From IMG/VR virus record IMGVR_UViG_3300014656_000017, positions 32,001 through 96,000 of that record: a DNA stretch of 64,000 bases. One strand, written 5' to 3'. Below the pieces are notes generated by a model that saw only the letters and a program-made list of their open reading frames with translations, ran no database searches and was not told the origin of the DNA. Position 1 is the stretch's first letter. The number at the start of each line of letters is the position of its first letter. The translations under genes were made by a program, and so were the position numbers. Source of the stretch: a virus. This document shows positions 28,244 through 38,672 of the stretch, in pieces.

Positions 28244-30202
28244 TTATTTAACAGGGCATACACCACTAGCACATTCGATTCCTTCAATATCCTCACCTGA
28301 AGATTTTATAATATGAATAGGCTGGAGTTTAGAGGTAAGCTCGGTATATTCTTCTTTAGTAATTTCTTGTAAAACAGGTTGCGCAAATCCATGATCACTA
28401 TGAAGCAAAAAACTAACTGATTTAATACTATTATCGTAATTATGTTTTAGCCATTCTTTTATTCCTGTTAGCTCTTCTTTTTTATAATACACAGTTACGC
28501 TAATAGAATTATCTGACCAAATAGTTTGAAGATTTTTAACCATCTCAAGCTGTTGAATAGCAGACATATCTTTTGCTAAAATGGTTTGTTCAGAAGACTC
28601 ACAAGGAAAAGAAACTACACAAGTATTATGATCATATGAACCATCAAAATTTAAAACGAATTCAATAGGATATCCTAAACTACGACAATATGCAACTAAT
28701 GGATCAGTAGCACCAATTCTCACTCTACGAATATAGTGTTGACTATAAGCAGGATGAATCCCAGGAGTGGAACCACTTAATAATGAAAGAGTTCCGCTTG
28801 GCTTACATGTAGAAAGCTTAATACTTTCATTCCATCCTCTTTCTTTACTCCATTGTTTATCAAATTTTCTAAGCTCTTTATAACATTCATCCAACCATTC
28901 TAATTTATCTATTGATTGACATATACCGGTCACTCCCAATCCTAATCTCATATTCTTATGTACTACTTTAGTTGTTTCCTCATGAATAAAGTTCATTGAA
29001 GCAACAGCTTTCTGTGTTTTATATAAAAGTTTAGCACAGGTAATAAGTTCTTCTTTTGAGGTAATATTGTTCAAATATAATTCCGCAAGATTACAACATT
29101 CTTTATCTGATAGAAAAATTTCAACGCACGGATTTGCGCCATCAACAGGATCTTTACATGGTTCACCTAAACGACCCATTTTTTGTGCTAATGGCAGATT
29201 AATAAAACCATAAGGCTCACCCTGTCCATTATACCCATCCCATACATCTCTCATAATGTGTGAATATTCATCTGCATAGATGGTATTATTAGACATAGCT
29301 CGCCAATTTGGAATATTGCCTAAATCCCATCGTTTAGCTCTAAGGAATAGATAATCATCTGGATCGCCAAGAGCAACCTCAGCACTTCTCCTCACATTGC
29401 CCGATACCACAAGCATTCCAATGATATTACAAATGTCTAAAACATCTATAGAACGTAACTTCTTTCCTTCTCTGCTTCTAAGAACATTTACAATTTTATC
29501 CATATTTTCAACAAGCAATTTCGGTCCACTTGCTTGACCACCAAAACTTCTAATATCTTCACCTTGACCTCTAACTAAGATAGTAGAATACGTAAATGAT
29601 TTTCCTTTAATAAAATATGCTTTTAAAATTTGTCTAAGCAATAAAATAAAACCTTCGCGGGAATCGGGTACAATAAAATTAGCATCTTTAGTTAATTCGT
29701 GTTTAATAAAAACATCTCTTTTAACTCTTGGCAATTCGTGAATATCTTCTGATTTTACAGAAAATCCAACACCGCCACCTAACATTAAATTCTCAAAAAG
29801 AAAACAGAAATCATCAATATTACGAATAGAAGTAAACCAGCAATTTAATAAACTGTTACCGCCAAACTTACGAACTACATTTGTACCTAACTGCCACAAC
29901 ATCCGCCCGGCATAATTACACTTTAAATTGAACATTAAATCATAAAGTTGTTCTGCTTCTTCTTTAGTGTAACCCGCTCCTATTTCTTGAGCGCCTTCAA
30001 TACTCCGCGCAATAGTTTCCCACCATTCTTCTGAAGTATCATCTTCTTTTTTACGCGCATAGGTTCTTTTGAAAACAATATACCCTAATCCGTTAAACCC
30101 CCAATTGGGTTGTTTGTTTTTATATTTGCTGAGAAAGTCTGGTGAAAAAGATTTAAACATTATTTTTAACTTGCTCCTCAATCCATTTATATGTTGGTTC
30201 AA
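28244..30202 (-). CDS. nrdJ: Class II (adenosylcobalamin-dependent) ribonucleotide reductase, monomeric RTPR type
   Basis: FKRTYAR, NCWF, GGGVGFS, GNVRRSAE, NPCVEI, CNLAE, KPSGT, C-terminal CASGVCP; true start probably MFKSF. Confidence 0.93.
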   Translation of the reverse strand: MNQHINGLRSKLKIMFKSFSPDFLSKYKNKQPNWGFNGLGYIVFKRTYARKKEDDTSEEWWETIARSIEGAQEIGAGYTKEEAEQLYDLMFNLKCNYAGRMLWQLGTNVVRKFGGNSLLNCWFTSIRNIDDFCFLFENLMLGGGVGFSVKSEDIHELPRVKRDVFIKHELTKDANFIVPDSREGFILLLRQILKAYFIKGKSFTYSTILVRGQGEDIRSFGGQASGPKLLVENMDKIVNVLRSREGKKLRSIDVLDICNIIGMLVVSGNVRRSAEVALGDPDDYLFLRAKRWDLGNIPNWRAMSNNTIYADEYSHIMRDVWDGYNGQGEPYGFINLPLAQKMGRLGEPCKDPVDGANPCVEIFLSDKECCNLAELYLNNITSKEELITCAKLLYKTQKAVASMNFIHEETTKVVHKNMRLGLGVTGICQSIDKLEWLDECYKELRKFDKQWSKERGWNESIKLSTCKPSGTLSLLSGSTPGIHPAYSQHYIRRVRIGATDPLVAYCRSLGYPIEFVLNFDGSYDHNTCVVSFPCESSEQTILAKDMSAIQQLEMVKNLQTIWSDNSISVTVYYKKEELTGIKEWLKHNYDNSIKSVSFLLHSDHGFAQPVLQEITKEEYTELTSKLQPIHIIKSSGEDIEGIECASGVCPVK

Positions 30203-31133
30203 TGCCTCTTACTAGTGGCCATTGTGATTTCCATCCTGTTGAATATATTTTGTTGTTACTAAAATTGCGAGATTGTACACCTACTGGACCATCTATATGA
30301 TTAATGATTATATCTTTATTTGCAATTTTTGCAATAGTGTATGCTAGTTCATCTACAGAAACATATTCAGGATTGCCTATGTTAGTAGGACCTTTTAAAT
30401 CAGAATGCATTAATCTGTAAATACCTTCAACCATATCTTCTACGTAAGTATATGATCTTACGGCAGTTCCATCACCCCAAACATCTATAGTTCCTTTATT
30501 ACCTTTTATTTCCGCAATTTTTCGACATAGTGCAGCTGGAGCCTTTTCTCTTCCACCTTTCCATGTTCCATACGGCCCATAACAATTTTGAAAACGTGCA
30601 ATACGTACAGAAATATTATATTTTCTTCCGTATGCTTCTACAACACGTTCTGAATATAATTTCTCGAAACCGTACTCATTATGAGGCATTGCTGGATAGG
30701 CTTGTACTTCATTCATTTCAGGTTCTCCTATTTTCATGTCACGGTATACACAAACAGAAGAAGAATAAAAATACCTTCCAGGTACTCCAGGTACTCCATA
30801 GTTTGCTGTACAAGCAGCATGTATCATATTAACATTAATAAGAACATTGTTTCGCATGATATCTGTTTCTGCGCTGTGAATGAATCCCATTCCGCCCATG
30901 TCAGCTGCTAAAGAATATATTTCATCATAAGGTTTCCAAAAAGGATTTAACATAGCCAAATCACAATTTTGTGGAATTCTTAAATCTAATAGTTTAAATT
31001 CGTCACAAGAAAGAGATCGATATTCTGGATTCTTAATATCTACACCTCGAACCCAATATCCTTGTTTTTTAAGATACTCTACCAAATGCCCGGCAATGAA
31101 ACCGCCGGCGCCAGTTACTAGTGCTGTTTTCAT
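30153..31133 (-). CDS. NAD-dependent epimerase, GDP-mannose 3',5'-epimerase-like
   Basis: TGAGGFIA, LAADMGGMGFI, SSSVCVY, YGFEK, GGREKAPAALCRK. Confidence 0.85.
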   Translation of the reverse strand: MKTALVTGAGGFIAGHLVEYLKKQGYWVRGVDIKNPEYRSLSCDEFKLLDLRIPQNCDLAMLNPFWKPYDEIYSLAADMGGMGFIHSAETDIMRNNVLINVNMIHAACTANYGVPGVPGRYFYSSSVCVYRDMKIGEPEMNEVQAYPAMPHNEYGFEKLYSERVVEAYGRKYNISVRIARFQNCYGPYGTWKGGREKAPAALCRKIAEIKGNKGTIDVWGDGTAVRSYTYVEDMVEGIYRLMHSDLKGPTNIGNPEYVSVDELAYTIAKIANKDIIINHIDGPVGVQSRNFSNNKIYSTGWKSQWPLVRGIEPTYKWIEEQVKNNV

Positions 31134-31141
31134 AGACTCCT

Positions 31142-31972
31142 TTACATATAATTACTAAGTTTAATATAATCTAAATATTCTTCAAGGAATATCTCTTTAA
31201 TTTGTTTATCTTCTATTTGCAAATCGTGAGGCTCTGTAAAAAACAATCCACTATCCTTTAATTCATCATACCAATAGTACATGTCAGACAACATTTGTTG
31301 AACAGGAATAGTTCCTAATCTAATTGCTTCAAAAAAACGCAAACATATAAATTTACCTACACCCAATGGACATAATGCATATTTATATTCACTGAGTGTT
31401 TGTAAATATTGCTGGTACGTTAATTTTCTATCTGTACTGATTATTTCTAATGGAATTTTACCATTAAGCTTTCTTAGCATATCTGCACGTTTACTATACT
31501 CGTTTTGGTTAAATCTCCCTAAAAATAATACAACATCTTTCTTAGGTTTCTTTTCAACATTAAACACCATACTCTTCGATAGGTAAAATTTATTAAGAAT
31601 TGTTTTATTCAATAAATTAGCATCGTCAATGTCTGCAACAAATTGCGTTACATTTTTAAATGAATTTACAGCATTTTGATTATCAATATTCCACGGAAAT
31701 GGAGAATTGTAAATTTTATCAAAGTTAAAAATGATAACTTTGACATTTTGTTCATTTACACTATTAATAAATTGTTTTGTACTCCACACGTCTCTGTTTG
31801 GATGAAAATGTTCATCTACAATATATAAATGCGAAATACCTTCTATATCATTTATTGTGTTAATATCTTTAAAGGCCTCATTTGGAAAAAAGTTTTTTAA
31901 TGCCATTCTATAATTTTGAAACATACTATGGCCTACTAATTCTAAACTGTCGTGACATAATAGTCCTATCAT
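31142..31972 (-). CDS. Glycosyltransferase-like protein (GT-B/exostosin-like C-terminus)
   Basis: YKYALCPLG...RFFEAIRLGTIPV. Confidence 0.65.
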   Translation of the reverse strand: MIGLLCHDSLELVGHSMFQNYRMALKNFFPNEAFKDINTINDIEGISHLYIVDEHFHPNRDVWSTKQFINSVNEQNVKVIIFNFDKIYNSPFPWNIDNQNAVNSFKNVTQFVADIDDANLLNKTILNKFYLSKSMVFNVEKKPKKDVVLFLGRFNQNEYSKRADMLRKLNGKIPLEIISTDRKLTYQQYLQTLSEYKYALCPLGVGKFICLRFFEAIRLGTIPVQQMLSDMYYWYDELKDSGLFFTEPHDLQIEDKQIKEIFLEEYLDYIKLSNYM

Positions 31973-32574
31973 GTTATTTCCTTCTGAGGATCTAAAAATA
32001 TAACGCCTTGTTTAGACCCTTCTGCTTTATTATTATACCTGTAAATTACATTATTTCCATATATATTTTTAAAGTATTTTTCGTAGTTTTTAAATGTGTA
32101 TGAAATATTATCATGAGTGTCATATCCATATTCAGGATGGTATGGATTATGAAAGTCGTGTATAACTAAATATGGCTTAATTGATAATTTGGCCATAAAC
32201 TCTAGTTCTCTTTGTAGTATCATTCCTCCACCCCAATGTGCATCTAAAAAGGCAAGGATTTTTTTATTTTTTAATCCATCTAAATTGTTTTCAAGCACTG
32301 TAGGGCTATCTCCCAAAAAAATATCAAAATATTCACATTTTTTCACTGCATTAGTTGTAATGGTTAAAAATTCTTCGTTTTTTTCAATTGCCATTACAGG
32401 AATTTTAAATTTAACCAAAAACTGGGTTGTATTTCCTAGATGCGTACCTGTTTCGATAATTAGATTTGGTTTAAATGTTGATACTATCTTAATAAATGCT
32501 TTTTGCAAATATGTATCCCCTTCAAATGCAATTTTATCTATCATACTATTTCCTGTTGTATTAAATTTTTCCAA
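31969..32574 (-). CDS. Class I SAM-dependent methyltransferase-like protein
   Basis: IIETGTHLG, GDS, FLDAH, IHD. Confidence 0.7.
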   Translation of the reverse strand: MEKFNTTGNSMIDKIAFEGDTYLQKAFIKIVSTFKPNLIIETGTHLGNTTQFLVKFKIPVMAIEKNEEFLTITTNAVKKCEYFDIFLGDSPTVLENNLDGLKNKKILAFLDAHWGGGMILQRELEFMAKLSIKPYLVIHDFHNPYHPEYGYDTHDNISYTFKNYEKYFKNIYGNNVIYRYNNKAEGSKQGVIFLDPQKEIT

Positions 32575-33422
32575 TATTCTAAATCCAATTTTTCATAATT
32601 ATATACTTTTTCCGTAATTTTTCTATAGGCACTTTTTAAAAATTCTTGATTTAACATTTTCCACGCACCTTCTTGTCGGGGTATTTTTAACATAGGCAGA
32701 TCATTAAACCCTTCATTATGAACACAGTCTACAACAATAGGTATAGAATTTAAATACAAACTTTCCCACATTCTGTGACTATCTGTTCCTCCGCCCATAG
32801 GACAGATATTAAAAACTGATTTTGAAATATCTCTCCAATAATCTTCTTGTGATCTGCCTCTAATCATTGGTATAAACTGAGTATCTTTAGCAACATGCAT
32901 TCTATTACAATGTGAAGTGTTTATGTCAAAATTTTTATACACTAAAAATTCTTTTTTGTTATTCTCTCTTCTTATTTTATCAAACAGATTTAAATTTCCA
33001 TGAGGCCATTGTGAATTAGCTACTCCAATTGGAATGGGTATTAATTTATCATGTCTGTATTCAACGTTTTGTGCAAACCATTTTTTAATTTTAGGATCAT
33101 CTAAATACTGTTTATATTTTTCAGAAATCCATGCATCTGAATTGTGTGTAACTAGTATAAAGTTATTTTTTAATAATGGATAAATTTTATTAAAGAAAAA
33201 GTCTAATATGTGTGTATATACAAATATTGATTTAGCTTTTTGTAACTCAAATGGAATATCAGTAGTATTAGATTCAAAAAAATGATAATTTGTTTTTGTA
33301 TTTTTAAGTTGATTTCTTAAAAGAGCTGAATCCCCATTGTCTTTGGCATTTAGAATAACAGTAAAATCTGTTAATTCTTGTATTTTTTCACCTGTTATAT
33401 AATTTATTTGTAAACTGTCCAT
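32541..33422 (-). CDS. Exostosin/GT47-like glycosyltransferase
   Basis: THNSD, WFAQN, PIPIG, ICPMGGGTDSHRMWESLYLNSIPIV. Confidence 0.7.
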   Translation of the reverse strand: MDSLQINYITGEKIQELTDFTVILNAKDNGDSALLRNQLKNTKTNYHFFESNTTDIPFELQKAKSIFVYTHILDFFFNKIYPLLKNNFILVTHNSDAWISEKYKQYLDDPKIKKWFAQNVEYRHDKLIPIPIGVANSQWPHGNLNLFDKIRRENNKKEFLVYKNFDINTSHCNRMHVAKDTQFIPMIRGRSQEDYWRDISKSVFNICPMGGGTDSHRMWESLYLNSIPIVVDCVHNEGFNDLPMLKIPRQEGAWKMLNQEFLKSAYRKITEKVYNYEKLDLEYWKNLIQQEIV

Positions 33423-34723
33423 AAGTCTCTTTCAGATAATGCTTTTTTTGTTATTTTAAAAATATATTTATATAATTTAAACGGAAGTGGTATTCTAATA
33501 AGCACAGGCGTAATAGGCCTAAAAATTTTTGGATAAGCTGTTATTAACGGCCACAGTTTATGTAATCTTTCTATTAAAATTTTTTTCTTAAGGTTTAAGG
33601 TAGACACTCCAAAAAATCCATCATCAACACTATCATCATCTGGAATGAATCCATCTTTTTTAGCCTTTAAATAAATTTGAGATCCTTTATAACATTGAAG
33701 TAAAGCACTCCATGAAGATGTAGGTTTACATTTAATATTAAAATCTAACGTTTCAAAGGCATCTGATAAAGAATTCTCAATAGGTAAACCAATAATATTT
33801 TGTAATCTAGTGCGTATATTGTAATTATTACATATTTGAATTGCTTGTTTAACTTGTTCTTTGTTTCCGACTCTGTTTAAAATTGTTTTTCTATTCTCAT
33901 CATTAGCAGATTCTAATGCCAAACTTATTATTGCACAACCAGCACTAGATAAAATTTTTGCTGCTTCATCTGTTATATCATTTGGATGAGCATTACATAT
34001 AAAAGGCAAGTTAATTTTTTTCTTGTATAATATTGCAAATTCTTTTAGCCATTCAATTGGCTTTATAAAACCATCATCCATTATATGAATCATTTTTAGA
34101 GGTTGCCACTTTTCTTTAAGTTCTAATGCTTCATTTATAACATCTTCAACATTTCTAATTCTTATAATATTTTTACATTGACCTTTATGTAATTTGTTCC
34201 ACCTATTATTAAAACAATACGAACAATTAAATTTACACCCTCGCCTTGTTATCATATTTTTAATTGGATTGTTTTTTATATCTGGATATGAATATATCAA
34301 TTTTCTATCTGGAAAAGGAATTTTATTTATATCTATAAGTATAAGATCTTTATATTTTTGGCCGTTTATAAAATCTAAAATTGAATTCTCTCCTTCACCT
34401 CTAATATAATTTTTTCCTTGAAAAATGTCAGGATCAAAGGTTGCAGCAGGACCACCATAAAGTGTTATATAGTTTAAATTGGGCAACTTGTTTTTAATTG
34501 TTGCATCCAGATCAAAATAATATTTTTCCGATCCAGAATATACAGAATAACATATATAATCTGGATTGATTTGTTGTACATAATAAAAAAAGCTATCGTT
34601 GTTGTATATATCCCGGCGCAACAAATATGTCAAATTTCCGGCGCTTTTCAATGAAGACAACAAATACATAATACCCAAATGTTCCATTTTCATTTCTTTT
34701 ACAATGAATAATATTTTTTTCAT
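33404..34723 (-). CDS. B12-binding radical SAM enzyme
   Basis: N-terminal HLGIMYL...GGPAAT...RGEGE cobalamin-binding domain; RGCKFNCSYC; DD and ES motifs. Confidence 0.88.
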   Translation of the reverse strand: MKKILFIVKEMKMEHLGIMYLLSSLKSAGNLTYLLRRDIYNNDSFFYYVQQINPDYICYSVYSGSEKYYFDLDATIKNKLPNLNYITLYGGPAATFDPDIFQGKNYIRGEGENSILDFINGQKYKDLILIDINKIPFPDRKLIYSYPDIKNNPIKNMITRRGCKFNCSYCFNNRWNKLHKGQCKNIIRIRNVEDVINEALELKEKWQPLKMIHIMDDGFIKPIEWLKEFAILYKKKINLPFICNAHPNDITDEAAKILSSAGCAIISLALESANDENRKTILNRVGNKEQVKQAIQICNNYNIRTRLQNIIGLPIENSLSDAFETLDFNIKCKPTSSWSALLQCYKGSQIYLKAKKDGFIPDDDSVDDGFFGVSTLNLKKKILIERLHKLWPLITAYPKIFRPITPVLIRIPLPFKLYKYIFKITKKALSERDLWTVYK

Positions 34724-35518
34724 TTAATCATCCACATTTGGTAATATACGATATGTGTCTAGTGTAATATGTGTTGTATTTTTGAAATGAGTAAATGAAT
34801 AATTAGTAGGAGGTATAAATCTTTCTGTGGCAAACATAAACAGATTTGTATTATTTTTATATATATTTTTAACTGTGCTTGCCAAACAAGATTGACCTGA
34901 AGTCACAGATATATAATTTTTACAAGAAAACATAACATCACAATAATGTTCTAAACTGTTCACATGATAGTCATTGTTAATATCTTTTATAAAGGGCAAT
35001 TTAGGTGCTACAGTATATTTACCATTATGTGTAATATTAACAGGATGATCTAATTTATATTTTTCTATGAGTTTATATACACATTTATTAAGATTGTCAA
35101 TATTACGTGGAATATCACAATTATAAAATTGTGTATAAAATGAATATGTGCAAAAATCAAAAACACTTGTATTTTCAAGTTCTTTAATAAACTTTGGTTT
35201 ATAATATATTTTACCATAATGAAATTTAGGCTCTAGTTTATAGGCGACTTGAATTTCTAAAAAATTATTCCAATTTCTGTTATGCTGATTTAAATGTTTA
35301 ATTGGTGTATCCATCCACCACATATCTGTACTGTCTTTTTTGCCTAACAAGTATGGGTTTTTGCCCCATATGAAATCGTATATTTCTTGATTGCGGCACG
35401 CATTTTGATTACTCAAATAGCATTTAATTCCTAAATTATGACACATTTCTGGTATAGGAGAATGAGTTAAATTGTCTCCCAACCCTCCCCACGGCTGATA
35501 TATTATTATTTCATCCAT
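34724..35518 (-). CDS. Glycosyltransferase-like protein (GT9/GT-B type)
   Basis: WGGLGDNL N-terminal loop; SGQSCLAS. Confidence 0.55.
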   Translation of the reverse strand: MDEIIIYQPWGGLGDNLTHSPIPEMCHNLGIKCYLSNQNACRNQEIYDFIWGKNPYLLGKKDSTDMWWMDTPIKHLNQHNRNWNNFLEIQVAYKLEPKFHYGKIYYKPKFIKELENTSVFDFCTYSFYTQFYNCDIPRNIDNLNKCVYKLIEKYKLDHPVNITHNGKYTVAPKLPFIKDINNDYHVNSLEHYCDVMFSCKNYISVTSGQSCLASTVKNIYKNNTNLFMFATERFIPPTNYSFTHFKNTTHITLDTYRILPNVDD

Positions 35519-35531
35519 TATATTTTATCCA

Positions 35532-37082
35532 TTACCACGTTAACAAAACATTATTAGAACACGTTTGAGGTGTTTCTTTTATGATATTATTTTTTATTCC
35601 TTTTTCTGATAAAAATACTGACAATTCATTAGCCGTGTATCCTCTTAAATTATTGTGTATAATATAACCATGTTTTGATTTTGATAAAACATTATCAATA
35701 TAAAAATCTTGAACCTCTTTAGTACATTCTGAAATGGCATAGTTACTAATAACCAAATCATATGTATTATTAAATACACAATTATTGTTTGTCCCAATTA
35801 TATAATTGGTTTGATCTGCTAAATTTAATGTATCCAAATACTTTTTAATCAAATTTATTACTTCTTCTAAATCAACAAAGGTATATAATTTAGGTTTGAA
35901 CAATTGTCTTAAAACCGTATATTGACCTCCATAACCAGCACCAATCTCTATAATATTTAAATCATTTAAATCGTGTAGATCTTTTAAATCTTTAAGCACC
36001 TTTATGTATCGTAAAGTAGTTGGTGAAAAGGTTCCAAAATTGTATTTATATTTTGTAGGATTGCCTATTATATCGTTTTTGCTAAATTTGTTTAAATTAT
36101 CACTGATATCTTTGTCATATTTAAAAGCTTCATAATATGCTAAGCCTTCTTCATATGATACATGTTCTAATATTTCTTTATATTGTGGCATATTTTTAAA
36201 GTTATTAAAATAAGTATTATTCTCACCGGCTTTTGCACATATTTGTTTATATGTTATAATATCTGATACTGAAGTTTTTTTTGTATAAAATTCTTGTAAT
36301 TTTTTGTTGTGAATATGTAGATTAAAAATGTTATATTCTTTATTGTTCATTATTAAAATGGGCCGATTGTTTTTAAATTCAACTGATATTTTGTTTTCAA
36401 TTAATTTTGATCCCACATATTTATCCGTTTCAGGTTTAGCACCACCAAGAAATTGTCCGTAAGAAGAGGGGTCAAAACAATAATTAAAGTTGTTGAAATT
36501 GTTATCTGAAGGCAATATTGGTAATATATCAATATATTTTTTGTGTTGATTGATGTAATTTAGTAATCGCATTTCATGTGGCATTCCGCCTACTTGTTTT
36601 TCAAGACTGTTTTCTCCTTGTATTATTAAATTAAGTAGTTGATTGTTAACCTCATATAAACTTTTATCGCTTTTAATGTAACTAAAACCAAACGAATAAT
36701 TTAACGGATCTGCACATGACATCAAAAAATCATGTTTTATTAATTCATTTTCTATTTTATTTATATTATCATATATTAATACATCATTATCAATATGAAT
36801 AATATTTTTTATATTGTATTGTTTTAAAAAAGCTTCAATATAAAAAATTCTTAACATAGCATTTCTAAATAACTCTCCCATAGGATCGTGTAAATAATAA
36901 TTACCAATATCTGGAACTGTTAATGTAGTAAGAGGTATATGTATAATTTGTTCATGGTGTTCAATATTAAAATTTGTTATAATATAAATTTTACTGCACG
37001 GATTTGTATAGAGTATTTGTTTTATACAATACTGTATATGTTTAGGCCATTTAGATCCCTTATGGAATAATACAAAGTTCAT
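35532..37082 (-). CDS. Fusion of a GT-A glycosyltransferase and a sugar O-methyltransferase
   Basis: N-half HIDNDV (DxD), FDPSSYGQFLGG, NLHIH; C-half SPTTLRY, IIEIGAGYGG, ISNYAISE. Confidence 0.72.
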   Translation of the reverse strand: MNFVLFHKGSKWPKHIQYCIKQILYTNPCSKIYIITNFNIEHHEQIIHIPLTTLTVPDIGNYYLHDPMGELFRNAMLRIFYIEAFLKQYNIKNIIHIDNDVLIYDNINKIENELIKHDFLMSCADPLNYSFGFSYIKSDKSLYEVNNQLLNLIIQGENSLEKQVGGMPHEMRLLNYINQHKKYIDILPILPSDNNFNNFNYCFDPSSYGQFLGGAKPETDKYVGSKLIENKISVEFKNNRPILIMNNKEYNIFNLHIHNKKLQEFYTKKTSVSDIITYKQICAKAGENNTYFNNFKNMPQYKEILEHVSYEEGLAYYEAFKYDKDISDNLNKFSKNDIIGNPTKYKYNFGTFSPTTLRYIKVLKDLKDLHDLNDLNIIEIGAGYGGQYTVLRQLFKPKLYTFVDLEEVINLIKKYLDTLNLADQTNYIIGTNNNCVFNNTYDLVISNYAISECTKEVQDFYIDNVLSKSKHGYIIHNNLRGYTANELSVFLSEKGIKNNIIKETPQTCSNNVLLTW

Positions 37083-37855
37083 ATTTTTATAAAATTTTTA
37101 TTAGGAATAAACAAATCTATATCATCTTTTTCAGGTGGTTCCTTCCACATGCTCTTACTTACTACAGGATAAAATATTTTCTCTTGATTTCCTAAAAATG
37201 CCGGCCACCATGAAAAGGTAGAATGTGAAATTAACAAATGTTTAGATTTTAGCATATATGCATAGTCTAACATTTCTGCTTCTGTATTAGCCACATCAAA
37301 CTTATTAACTCTTTGTGTGCTTAATACTTTAATACCTTCACTCATTAATTCTTGAATATATTTTGTTGTACAATCATCAGTTACAATTGACACTTTTGTA
37401 TACCCTAATGTTTTAATTGCATTTTTATAGAAATCATGGGATATAGTTATCCCAATGTCTACATAATCGGTCTCTCTTAAATGTATAACCAATTCATCTT
37501 CGTCTGGCTCGGCCATGCCCTCTTTTTCCCACCAAAAAAATTCACTTAAAAAATCTTTATAATCTATATAGTATTCTGCTTTTTGAAGAAAAGAATTAAC
37601 TACTACATCTCTCTCTGTGGTTAATAAATCGTTCATATCAACCCAATGATTGCCATATTTTCTGGTCGTAATGGGATTAGCTATAAAGCCTATTTGTGAT
37701 GGAAGACCAACGTCTTGCGATGTTTTGGGAAAGTTTGGAAGAGGCGCACAGAAACATTCACATCCTCTTTTTTGAGCTAGTATTCTACTAAAGGCATACA
37801 CAAACATTCTATTGCCCATTCTGCCCCAAGGATCATATTGTCCAATAACTTTAAT
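37079..37855 (-). CDS. Alpha-1,2-fucosyltransferase-like protein (GT11)
   Basis: GRMGNRMF, IHLRETDY, STFSWW; start extended to an ATT at 37855 (the ORF track starts at 37819). Confidence 0.8.
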   Translation of the reverse strand: MKVIGQYDPWGRMGNRMFVYAFSRILAQKRGCECFCAPLPNFPKTSQDVGLPSQIGFIANPITTRKYGNHWVDMNDLLTTERDVVVNSFLQKAEYYIDYKDFLSEFFWWEKEGMAEPDEDELVIHLRETDYVDIGITISHDFYKNAIKTLGYTKVSIVTDDCTTKYIQELMSEGIKVLSTQRVNKFDVANTEAEMLDYAYMLKSKHLLISHSTFSWWPAFLGNQEKIFYPVVSKSMWKEPPEKDDIDLFIPNKNFIKI

Positions 37856-38672
37856 AGTAGCATCCTCCCTCTACATTTTCAGGTTTTTCAGGAATTTCAT
37901 CTTTTGAGGGTCTTGTCCAAAAATCATTATAAAGAGTTTTAAATTGTTCTATATCATCCCATCTTCGCCCTCTTATACCAAATAGGATTTGTGTAGGACC
38001 GCCCATGTGAATTCCTATCTTGCCCATTTTCTTTGCATGTGCAGTTAATAAAATAGATGCCCCACCAGTTCCTATAATAGCTACATCATAATCAATTTTA
38101 TTCATTTCATTTTCAGCCCATTGTGCTGCTTCTAAAGTAGAATTAAATGGTGTTGAGGGATTGATAACTTTTGAATGAGGATATTTAATTGTTTTAAGTT
38201 CGAAATCTGGCAATATACCATTTGGCCATATTTTATCTTTTATCTTGTATTGCTTTTCTATAGAATTAGCGAAGGGACTTATAACTAGAACTTTTTTATC
38301 TTTTAATGAATGAGACCATGGTGGAGTTCTAAGATATGGTTCAATGTCTTGTAATTGTATAATATGAGATTTTATTTGTTGTATTATAGATTGCTCAAAG
38401 CCTGGTAATATTTTATTCCACAATGGGATAGCATCTAGTGTATATAATGCCTTTAAATATTCTGCTCCAAATTTATTATATTCTTCTTCACTAAAAGGAT
38501 ATATACCTGCAATATTAGTGCCTTCAAATTCTAAATCTGAAAATATTTTAAAATTCTTTTTATAATATGAAAACAATAGTTTCAATTCGACAACACCAAT
38601 TTTGCCTACAGCACACTTTTCGCCTGTTTTTAAATAATGACTGATAAAATTGTTGCCATCTACGAAATTCAT
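37851..38672 (-). CDS. Putative glycosyltransferase-associated protein (GT-D/DUF1792-like)
   Basis: GKIGVVE, KKVLVISPF, DVAIIGTG, GIHMGG, EGGCY. Confidence 0.55.
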   Translation of the reverse strand: MNFVDGNNFISHYLKTGEKCAVGKIGVVELKLLFSYYKKNFKIFSDLEFEGTNIAGIYPFSEEEYNKFGAEYLKALYTLDAIPLWNKILPGFEQSIIQQIKSHIIQLQDIEPYLRTPPWSHSLKDKKVLVISPFANSIEKQYKIKDKIWPNGILPDFELKTIKYPHSKVINPSTPFNSTLEAAQWAENEMNKIDYDVAIIGTGGASILLTAHAKKMGKIGIHMGGPTQILFGIRGRRWDDIEQFKTLYNDFWTRPSKDEIPEKPENVEGGCYY

